The notes below the pieces were generated by a model. That model saw nothing but the letters and a program-made list of their open reading frames with translations, had not been told where the DNA came from and made no database searches. From Candidatus Thorarchaeota archaeon (GTDB taxonomy: Archaea > Asgardarchaeota > Thorarchaeia > Thorarchaeales > Thorarchaeaceae), in NCBI GenBank assembly GCA_048884785.1, contig JBHLQM010000034.1:8870-34747 (forward strand): 25,878 nucleotides of DNA. The letters are read 5' to 3'. Shown piece after piece: positions 1 to 7,534 of this stretch; within the stretch, counting starts at the first letter, position 1; each line of letters opens with the position of its first letter. The position numbers and the translations under genes are program-made.

Positions 1-213
1 GAAATCGAGCAAATCATGTATGTCACCTCAGGTCTCTCTGTGAGGTTCATTCGTCCAACTCCACTGGACAAGCCCGTCACAGTTCGTGGACGAATAAAGG
101 AGAATACAGGTGAACGGATTACCGTGAGCTGCTCTCTGTATTCAGATGATATATTGTGCGCAACAGGAGAGGTATTCACTGTTCGAGTTAACATGAAGAC
201 ATTCCTGCAATGA
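1..213 (+). CDS. PaaI/hotdog-fold thioesterase family protein, C-terminal part (5' truncated by window edge)
   Basis: Frame is open from base 1 (EIEQIMYVT...). 'VTSGLSVRFIRPTPLDKPVTVRGRIKE..GERITVSCSLYSDDILCATGEVF' matches the C-terminal beta-strands of hotdog thioesterases. Confidence 0.8.
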   Translation, partial: EIEQIMYVTSGLSVRFIRPTPLDKPVTVRGRIKENTGERITVSCSLYSDDILCATGEVFTVRVNMKTFLQ

Positions 214-238
214 ATTAGTTCGCATGAGCGGTGTTGTT

Positions 239-1072
239 CTAGTGCTTCGGTGGTTTGAATTGGACCTTGAATGCGTCCAAATCTTCGCCCACAATCTCTG
301 GGTTCATATTACCGAGCCCATTTCTAGCTGCAGTCACGATATGATGGATACTCTCAGGGTCAAAGCCCATCAATCGAGCTGTTGCTGCATCGACAGATGC
401 TGGTTCACGCCCAATCAGAAACGCCCCTATCTCATGCTCTGTCGGACCGTTCCATCCCTCAAGACCTGCTCTAGCATCCACAATACAAAGATTTGGCCCA
501 GCCAATTTATTCAAATCGATTAAGATATCAGCTATTCTTGAGTGGTATGCAGATTTCTTCTTTTGCTGAAGAAGGCCGAATTGGTTCTTCAAGGCCCCGG
601 TTATATGTGTGAGATAGTGAGTTTTAGGAATAGAGATTGATATGTAGTAAGAAGGTTCAGCAAGTTCTATTGGTATTTCAGGATTCCTTAGATACTGGCC
701 ATCAAAGGGAATTTTCAAGGTGGGTGATTTGCTTAGGTTTACTGTTGCAAGGTCATAGCCTCTGTCAAGCATTTCCTCAACATAAGCTGCATAGCCAAAC
801 TTCTCGAAGGCTTCATCAGCAAATTTACTCTCGCTATCTGTTTCAATAATTCGAATTGATAGATTCTCATCGTTCTCCAGAAGTAGATTCACAACCTCTT
901 TGGTAACTTCAATATCAGAAACTGTATATCTGGTACTTGGGGCAATTGTGCAGATGTTTGGTTTGATTAATACAGGAGATCGGAGCTCCTTGAAGCCACC
1001 CAAAAGTTGAAGCCCTCTCTGTAAGGTTCTCCGAATCCCTCCAGAGAATCTCACAACTGCTACTGGTGTCAT
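239..1072 (-). CDS. DUF362 domain-containing protein
   Basis: Motifs 'VLIKPN', 'PKTH...TGALKNQFG', 'IVDAR.GLEGWNGP' and 'PASVDAATARLMGFDPESI.HI' are characteristic of DUF362. Confidence 0.85.
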   Translation of the reverse strand: MTPVAVVRFSGGIRRTLQRGLQLLGGFKELRSPVLIKPNICTIAPSTRYTVSDIEVTKEVVNLLLENDENLSIRIIETDSESKFADEAFEKFGYAAYVEEMLDRGYDLATVNLSKSPTLKIPFDGQYLRNPEIPIELAEPSYYISISIPKTHYLTHITGALKNQFGLLQQKKKSAYHSRIADILIDLNKLAGPNLCIVDARAGLEGWNGPTEHEIGAFLIGREPASVDAATARLMGFDPESIHHIVTAARNGLGNMNPEIVGEDLDAFKVQFKPPKH

Positions 1073-1169
1073 TTAGACGCACATCCAAAAATGTCCCTCT
1101 GCATTCTATTCACCTAGAACTCAGATAGGATTTTTTCCAGATAGTTAGCTGCATCAACAACACTGGAAT

Positions 1170-1219
1170 GGCGGAAAATTAGAAAATGGGCTGCGAATCC
1201 CCCCTCCTTCTCTTCCGCC
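1170..1219 (-). other. Long imperfect RNA hairpin (possible terminator or structured UTR)
   Basis: GGCGGAA (1170-1176) and TTCCGCC (1213-1219) are perfect inverted arms. The inner stem pairs further through G-U wobbles only on the minus strand. Confidence 0.45.
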
Positions 1220-1276
1220 CTCATGTGCTTTTTATGCTGTTACGCAACGATCTTTTTTGGGGGCCCACTTAGGCTT

Positions 1277-1498
1277 TTATTTCACGGCGCCAATAATTAG
1301 CATTAAGACACCGAGAACTAACAGAATGAGCATAACCTCAGTGAAAAGATACCCACCAAGATTGATTGAGTAGATATTCTGATTAAAGAAAACTGTAATC
1401 ATACTCAAGTCAACAAACGAGGCGAGAAACGTTGCCCATAGTGGAAGTAGTCCCACTATGATTACTATTAGACCAAGAATGGCTAAACCCTTACCCAT
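1277..1498 (-). CDS. Small two-TM membrane protein, hypothetical
   Basis: 73-aa ORF with two hydrophobic helices. AAGGAG RBS upstream of the ATG. Confidence 0.75.
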   Translation of the reverse strand: MGKGLAILGLIVIIVGLLPLWATFLASFVDLSMITVFFNQNIYSINLGGYLFTEVMLILLVLGVLMLIIGAVK

Positions 1499-1682
1499 AT
1501 ACTGTACACTCCTTGGAGTAGTAGTTTTATGATACTACTCGTTTTACGTGTTTGCATTACAGTGTGAAAACCTACCTATTAATTCATTTATCTTTTGTTA
1601 GGAGTATACTGCGTAGAAGAATCTGCTTTTATCAAAGGGTAGCCTTGATTTCTATTCGTCAAGAAAGGGAGGAGGTTCAAGG

Positions 1683-2453
1683 TTGGAAAGGAAAAGGCTC
1701 CGAATCATAATCGCAACCATTGCAATTGCCTTAGTGATTGTATTGTCTTCGTTTCTATATCTAAACCTACCAGGACCGCTCAATGGAATAAAAGTGGCAA
1801 TCTACACAGATCGCGGCATTAGGGCAACAAGCCGAATCGCTCTTGTGAATATGTTCAGTTGGATGGATGCTGATGTCACTATCATCAATTCTACGAACAT
1901 AGCAAATGGAGACCTTGACCTATATGATATACTTGTAATGCCTGGTGGCTGCTGGTGCGATGAGCGATGTCAATTGCTAGATGAGAAAATGGAGCTTGTT
2001 CGAGCCTATGTTGAGAACGGTGGAGTCTATTTTGGTATCGACGGAGGCGCATCATATGCAACGAGTTATAGGCTCAATCTTTTCCATGGTGCTCTTCGTG
2101 CAGACGCTTTTGGTACAGGTGATTACCTCATTGAGGTGATGGTGAACACTAACTCAAGCGCACCGGATCTATCCACTGCGTCTAGCTCATACCAGCTTCT
2201 TTACGAGAACTCTGGCTACTTCGATGCTGAGGACATGTCAGGTGTTATTCCTATTTGTACATATGCTAATACAGAGCTTGTGTGCATGTTGGCATTCTTC
2301 TATGGCAATGGCCATGTGTTTCTGTCAAGCCCACATCCTGAATACGAAGAGGGAACAATGAGGGATGGCACAGACCTGTGGGACGATACCATGAATGACC
2401 CTGATTCGGAGTGGGATTTTATGCTATCCATAGTCCAATGGCTGCTTGCTTAG
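1683..2453 (+). CDS. Membrane-anchored BPL-N / class I glutamine amidotransferase-like protein
   Basis: N-terminal TM anchor. Motifs 'KVAIY.D.G', 'DILVMPGG', 'YVENGGVYFGIDGGASYA' (normally GICAGAY) and 'G.G.VFLSSPHPE'. GGAGG RBS before the TTG start. Confidence 0.8.
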   Translation: MERKRLRIIIATIAIALVIVLSSFLYLNLPGPLNGIKVAIYTDRGIRATSRIALVNMFSWMDADVTIINSTNIANGDLDLYDILVMPGGCWCDERCQLLDEKMELVRAYVENGGVYFGIDGGASYATSYRLNLFHGALRADAFGTGDYLIEVMVNTNSSAPDLSTASSSYQLLYENSGYFDAEDMSGVIPICTYANTELVCMLAFFYGNGHVFLSSPHPEYEEGTMRDGTDLWDDTMNDPDSEWDFMLSIVQWLLA

Positions 2454-2556
2454 GCTGCTTGTCCAAAGCATCTGCAACCTAGAAAACTCCCTGCTACTGG
2501 ATATTGTCAGATCTTGATACTCGGGATGCGAGTCAGATTATCCCAAATCTCCATTT

Positions 2557-4335
2557 TTACTTCTCAGTCAGAACAGTCCCAAGTTTATTTCCAAGCAGTT
2601 CCAGAAACATTGTATCACGTTTCAATGATTTCTCGTTCTCAATTGTCTGGTCGTAGGCAATCGTATACAGTGTTTTTACATTGCTGACATTACTTCTTAT
2701 TCTGCCGAGGCTTTGTTCATATCGCTCAAGCGATGCAGTGGTTCCATAATAGAAACCGACATCCGCTTCCGGAAGATCCGTTCCTTTTTCAATCAGGCGT
2801 TCTGAAGCAAAAAGCACGGATTTCTCCCCGTCCTTGAAGGATTTAATCTGCTGATGCTGCACGACGCCATCCATTCCACCATGCACAAATGTCGAGGCGA
2901 TTCCCTGGCCTTCAGCAAGACTTGACAGGTGCTTTGTCACTTCTACAAACCTACACATCACGAGCACCTGTTTGTTCTCCTTGGCCATCTTATCTAGCCA
3001 GAATAGGAGTCTCTTTTCCTTCTCTCCAACATATCCTTCCGTTGAAGCAACCTCTTCCATTTTCTTTCTGATTTCATCTCTTATATTCAGAAAGTCATTA
3101 TTCGCTGTGAGCGTTTTGTTTGTAATTCCATCAACGAACTTATAGAGTGACTTGAAGGTACCTTCAAGCAATCGTTGTCTTGCAACTGTCATCAAGAGAT
3201 ATGCGCTCGCATGGGAAATATACTGGTGAAGTCGCTCCTCATCATTTCCTATTTTCTCGAGAAGATTCTTCTGAAGAGTCTTTTTTCCCAAGAGGTCAGA
3301 AACAAATAGCAGAATTCTATCCGGAGGAATCCGGTCTTTGCCTGTAAGGATTTTGTATGCTTTTGATAAATGCGAGAATGATGATTGTCGAACCTTCGCC
3401 ATCTCCGAGTCCATACTGGAAATCCAGTCATCAAAGACCTTGATCCTTTTGAGTTCGTAGGCTGGTTTGAAGGATTCAAAGTCATCTCCAGCTGGATGTA
3501 TCTCGGCAACTCTTTCAGTTCCTATTGTTGTTTTGAAGAGGTCTATCTTTGCCTCTTGTGAAATTGATGCTGTGAGACCAACTACGATTTTTTCTGATGT
3601 GGGCGAGAGTATTCCCAATAGACTCAGAATTGGTTCAAACCTCTTATTGAGCCGAAAATTCTTTGCTTCAAATTCTCGAATTAAGAGGTCTTCAACGCTA
3701 TCTTCAGAAATGACCTTCCCAGTCATTTCCTCTCTATTCTCAATCTCATATTTGATGTCCTTAACTATCTGTGGGAAGTTTCTCCCATTTCCGAATCTCC
3801 TTTCAATGTATTCTATGGTTTCTTCTCTAGGGCGTTTGGATCCATAACTCTGGGCAAACATATCAAATAATTCATCAATTATGACAAGCTTCACTTTTTC
3901 CAGTGTTGTTCTATCAATCCTGCAGAACTTCCCAGCAACTGAATTCATCAGGAGTATTGGTGTGGCAAAAATGAATCTGGAAATGTCTGCATGTTTTCTC
4001 GACATAGCTGCAGGGATTCCCTTTTGTTCCTCAAGGATGTAGAGGTGACCATAGTTCGACAGACCATACTGCGTTGCCATATCGTATAGCTGATACTTTA
4101 ATTTGCGATCTTGTACAAGAAAGAGAACTTTCTCATCTGGCCCAATAAGCTCCCGCTCAATTAGCATCTCCACTGTGAGAGCCGCAATCAATGTCTTTCC
4201 CATTCCCGTCGGAAGTAAGACTAAGAAGGCATTCTTATTCTCGTTCTCCAGGGTATGTATAATCTGGTCTCGAGCATTGATTTGGTACGAACGTGGTTCG
4301 AACTTATTTTGGTCCTCCATACCTTCCATGAGCAA
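2557..4335 (-). CDS. Superfamily 2 DEAD/DEAH-like helicase, Hef/FANCM-like helicase core without ERCC4 nuclease
   Basis: Q-motif 'EPRSYQ', motif I 'LPTGMGKT', Ib 'FATP', II 'IIDELF', III 'GLTAS', V 'IEKGTDLPEAD', VI 'EQSLGRIRS'. True start may be ATG 4329 or 4320. Confidence 0.8.
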   Translation of the reverse strand: MLMEGMEDQNKFEPRSYQINARDQIIHTLENENKNAFLVLLPTGMGKTLIAALTVEMLIERELIGPDEKVLFLVQDRKLKYQLYDMATQYGLSNYGHLYILEEQKGIPAAMSRKHADISRFIFATPILLMNSVAGKFCRIDRTTLEKVKLVIIDELFDMFAQSYGSKRPREETIEYIERRFGNGRNFPQIVKDIKYEIENREEMTGKVISEDSVEDLLIREFEAKNFRLNKRFEPILSLLGILSPTSEKIVVGLTASISQEAKIDLFKTTIGTERVAEIHPAGDDFESFKPAYELKRIKVFDDWISSMDSEMAKVRQSSFSHLSKAYKILTGKDRIPPDRILLFVSDLLGKKTLQKNLLEKIGNDEERLHQYISHASAYLLMTVARQRLLEGTFKSLYKFVDGITNKTLTANNDFLNIRDEIRKKMEEVASTEGYVGEKEKRLLFWLDKMAKENKQVLVMCRFVEVTKHLSSLAEGQGIASTFVHGGMDGVVQHQQIKSFKDGEKSVLFASERLIEKGTDLPEADVGFYYGTTASLERYEQSLGRIRSNVSNVKTLYTIAYDQTIENEKSLKRDTMFLELLGNKLGTVLTEK

Positions 4336-4443
4336 TCGTTTCCTTCAAGAAATGAATTTTTCAGTGATAAGTTTGGCAACCGGCCACGCTGATTGACGAA
4401 GCATTGGTGTTTTATCCATTCTGATAACGACCAAACTCATCAA

Positions 4444-5334
4444 CTATGTGGCAATACTGTATGCATTTCTGGCTACTTGTTTCACCAGACCATCCTGAAT
4501 CAATTGATTCAGTACTTCTCTAAGCTGTTCATTATCAATTGAGTTGTCTTTCAGTTTTATTTTCATTTCGTGCAGGGTTAGACTCTCGGTGTTTGTCAAT
4601 TCTCGTATGATCATACCACGAATCTGTCGCGTTGAGCCCAGGAATTGCGGTTGAGTTGAAGTCGGGGCAATACCGGTAACGGTCGATGTGAGGACCTCAG
4701 AGCCGTAATCCATCAGGGCGTTGTGCCAATCCCTGGAGTTCCCACGTAGCAGAAGCTCATCAGCAATATCCTGCAAATTGGAATCAGATGTGCTCTCGTC
4801 TGCAAAACCTGATGCTATGAATACACGTCTTATGTTGGTATCAACTGTGGCAAGATCCTCATTGAACGCAAATATCAGGATTGAACGAGAAGTATATGGT
4901 CCTATGCCTTTCAGCTTACGGAGTTGCTCTACTGTCCTAGGGAAACCTCCCATCCTGATAATTGATTGTGCTGCTTCTCTCAACCAGACCGCTCTTCGAT
5001 TGTAGCCAAGGCCGCTCCATACGCTCAGGAGGTGTTTTGTATCTGCAGAGGCGAGAGCTTCAATGGTAGGAAACTCCTGCAAGAATTCAAGATACTTTGA
5101 TACTACTCGATTGACTTGTGTCTGCTGAAGCATAATCTCGGAAACCAATACATTGTAAGGGCTAGGGTCCTCTCTCCAAGGAAGTTGACGTGCATTTCTG
5201 CTCCACCAATCCATGATTTTGGTCTGGAATGATACAATGGCTTTGTGGTCCATGATTCTAGCCAACTCTAATTGCTTTCCGAGGCTGAAGAGTGCAACGG
5301 CTGGGAATCTTAAAGAAGGTTGGTTTTTGTTCAT
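4444..5334 (-). CDS. mutY: A/G-specific adenine glycosylase (MutY-like, HhH-GPD), lacking Fe-S cluster, with C-terminal wHTH-like segment
   Basis: Motifs 'R.LPWR..PSPYNVLVSEIMLQQTQV', 'WSGLGYNRRA', HhH 'LKGIGPYT', catalytic 'VDTNIRRV' and 'ALMDYG'. Alternative start at ATG 5253. Confidence 0.88.
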   Translation of the reverse strand: MNKNQPSLRFPAVALFSLGKQLELARIMDHKAIVSFQTKIMDWWSRNARQLPWREDPSPYNVLVSEIMLQQTQVNRVVSKYLEFLQEFPTIEALASADTKHLLSVWSGLGYNRRAVWLREAAQSIIRMGGFPRTVEQLRKLKGIGPYTSRSILIFAFNEDLATVDTNIRRVFIASGFADESTSDSNLQDIADELLLRGNSRDWHNALMDYGSEVLTSTVTGIAPTSTQPQFLGSTRQIRGMIIRELTNTESLTLHEMKIKLKDNSIDNEQLREVLNQLIQDGLVKQVARNAYSIAT

Positions 5335-6389
5335 GTCTTATCCTCTGAGAGAATCCTTTTCAGAAACATATCCACCCACTGGTAGAAATCTGAGAACAGG
5401 GTTCTGACCATGTCAAGCTCTAGGCGTTCTCTAAGTATCATATCGACTACTGCTTTTCTGAGAAATGGATAGTAGTGAGGTAATGGGAACAAATTCAATG
5501 GAAATTGTCTGTGCTCTGTCAGAAAGATATTGATTCTCTCAACCCACCTAGCATTAATCACATCTTCCGAGTATGTGGTGGGGTCCTCTGTCATGAGCGA
5601 ATCCAGTTCTGCAAGGATAGGAGCGAAGATCTTTCTTTGTACTTCATCAAATGAGTATCCTGTGGACCTTGTTTTCTCATCCAATGCCATCTTCCTATAT
5701 AGTGCGGCTAGATCATCCGAACCTGGAACTGTATAGATTGCTCTGTGTCTACTAAAGACCTTCAGCATCTCCGATCCAAAACCTCTGTCCTTTTCCAAGA
5801 CAGAAAACACGTGAATGAAGTTGGTCTTGTCCCAACCCTCCTCATTGAAGATTGCCTTGTAGTTGTTTATGACCGTCTTATAATCCCGAGGAACTCTCAA
5901 TTCATGGGGACTGGTCATACTCCAAATATTGAGAAACACGAAGGGAGTTTTCACCTGTGCCTTTTCATCGAGGCGATAGCTAGGAAAACAGTAGTTGCTG
6001 TCAACAATTATCAAATCGGGCTGAAATGGAGCTCTGTCATGTTGTGATGCAAATCTGGTTGTGGAATCAGATATAACCTCAACAATTTGCTCCGCAGTGA
6101 GGGGCTGGAAAGTCCTTGACCTGACTAGGTGAAGATTGTCGCTCAATGGAAGGTAGTAGGTTGTGCCTGTATTCTTGAGAGTGAATGCCGTTTCGAATCT
6201 ATTCTCTCCGTTCAGACTGAGATGTTGCATTGCCTGGTAGAGGTCCTGATTTGTATGGTTGATATCAACGACAAGAACCCTGAGAGGGGGACTTTGTGAA
6301 AGCCCCCATATCGCAGCACAAATTGATAGGGGTGTCTTCCCGCTTCCACCTTTGTTACTGGTCACGATGAATGTTATTGGCTTCTTCAT
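5331..6389 (-). CDS. Divergent ParA/MinD-family (SIMIBI) P-loop ATPase
   Basis: Deviant Walker A 'SNKGGSGKT', switch I 'RVLVVDIN' and Walker B 'DLIIVDS'. 352 aa, longer than typical MinD. Confidence 0.75.
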   Translation of the reverse strand: MKKPITFIVTSNKGGSGKTPLSICAAIWGLSQSPPLRVLVVDINHTNQDLYQAMQHLSLNGENRFETAFTLKNTGTTYYLPLSDNLHLVRSRTFQPLTAEQIVEVISDSTTRFASQHDRAPFQPDLIIVDSNYCFPSYRLDEKAQVKTPFVFLNIWSMTSPHELRVPRDYKTVINNYKAIFNEEGWDKTNFIHVFSVLEKDRGFGSEMLKVFSRHRAIYTVPGSDDLAALYRKMALDEKTRSTGYSFDEVQRKIFAPILAELDSLMTEDPTTYSEDVINARWVERINIFLTEHRQFPLNLFPLPHYYPFLRKAVVDMILRERLELDMVRTLFSDFYQWVDMFLKRILSEDKT

Positions 6390-6396
6390 TATGCAA

Positions 6397-7332
6397 TCAC
6401 CACATCCTTAGGAATCCGAAGATTAGATCCAGAATGGTCCCCCAGCCCACATAGAGTACAACATCTGTCAGCAACTGCATGAAAATGACACCAATGAATG
6501 CGAATAGGACCTTCCGGATTATCGTAATAGGCGAGGAAAGTCGCTGAAGGTCATGAAAGGAGGATTCCACAAGGTGTCGATGTGTCCCCATATCGCGAGT
6601 TGCATCTTCCAGCTTGGCCTTTACATACCCAATATCATCTGAGAACATGGCCTCTTCCAAGAGAATCATATCATTATCAGACCGTTTCAGATACTCATCC
6701 AAGGAATCCGAAATTCTCCCGCGATTCTCCTCTACCAGCGTCTCATAACGCGCTATCTCGTAGACGACAACCTTGATCACACTTGCAAGCACAATGAGCG
6801 TACCCAGGCTTAGTGCGCTGTTGAGAAAGAAGGCTACATTGAGGACAGGGTGGCCTGGGAAATACTCTTGGATTATCTGAAATCCCTGATAACCTGATAT
6901 TCTGTAGAGTGCGATGAAGAAGAGGAGTCTTAGTGTGAGATACATCCTAGATATGCTGAGACGCCACCACCTCACGGTCGGTGTTCCTCCTGCACTGAAA
7001 GACCGGTGAATGAATACGGAAAATACTATTCCGCCGGTGTTCACAATGAAGAAGAATGACATCATGACCAGGCCTAGTCCTATAGCTAGACGGACCCAGC
7101 CGTTAGTCCCCAGTATTCCTGCAGTCACAATGTCAAAAGCCGATTGAAGCTCCTGAAACTCCAAATGAAGAATAGCTTCCTGAATCGCAGAAAATACAGC
7201 ATCATGCGTCAGGATGTACCCCAAATAGAAAACTCCGAAGGATACCACTGCAACGATTGATGCCACATTGGCTGCAAGGAAGAAGGTCTCTATCCTGCTA
7301 TCATACCTAAAACGCTGGTTTTCGGGTTTCAT
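6397..7332 (-). CDS. Hypothetical multi-pass membrane protein (about 5 TM) with a charged helical loop
   Basis: 311-aa ORF with hydrophobic segments near aa 17-42, 80-108, 130-146, 163-191 and 276-308. GGGGAG RBS. Ends 7 nt upstream of the ATPase start. Confidence 0.75.
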   Translation of the reverse strand: MKPENQRFRYDSRIETFFLAANVASIVAVVSFGVFYLGYILTHDAVFSAIQEAILHLEFQELQSAFDIVTAGILGTNGWVRLAIGLGLVMMSFFFIVNTGGIVFSVFIHRSFSAGGTPTVRWWRLSISRMYLTLRLLFFIALYRISGYQGFQIIQEYFPGHPVLNVAFFLNSALSLGTLIVLASVIKVVVYEIARYETLVEENRGRISDSLDEYLKRSDNDMILLEEAMFSDDIGYVKAKLEDATRDMGTHRHLVESSFHDLQRLSSPITIIRKVLFAFIGVIFMQLLTDVVLYVGWGTILDLIFGFLRMW

Positions 7333-7429
7333 TGGCGTGCTCCCCGTGTGTGGCTATAGGTGGTATAGCACTAAATCCTCAAACTAATAGTATATAGTAG
7401 TTACTAGTAAGAATGACCGCCTATCGCGA

Positions 7430-7445
7430 AAAAATGCGCATTTTT
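7430..7445. promoter_or_regulatory. Perfect 16-bp palindrome AAAAATGCGCATTTTT in a divergent promoter region; candidate operator
   Basis: Read directly from the sequence. Lies between the divergent genes starting at 7332(-) and 7535(+). Confidence 0.4.
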
Positions 7446-7534
7446 CACCTTAGGAGATGTATTCAATGGGAGAATTCATGTAACATTGAACAAATATAGC
7501 CGAGTCATAATATACCTCATGTAGGGGCGTACAA

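Noticed and set aside
2557-6389. Interpretation as an anti-phage defence or restriction island (helicase + ATPase)
   Set aside because: There is no nuclease, methyltransferase or known effector domain and no mobility genes. It is not excluded, but nothing in the sequence supports it.
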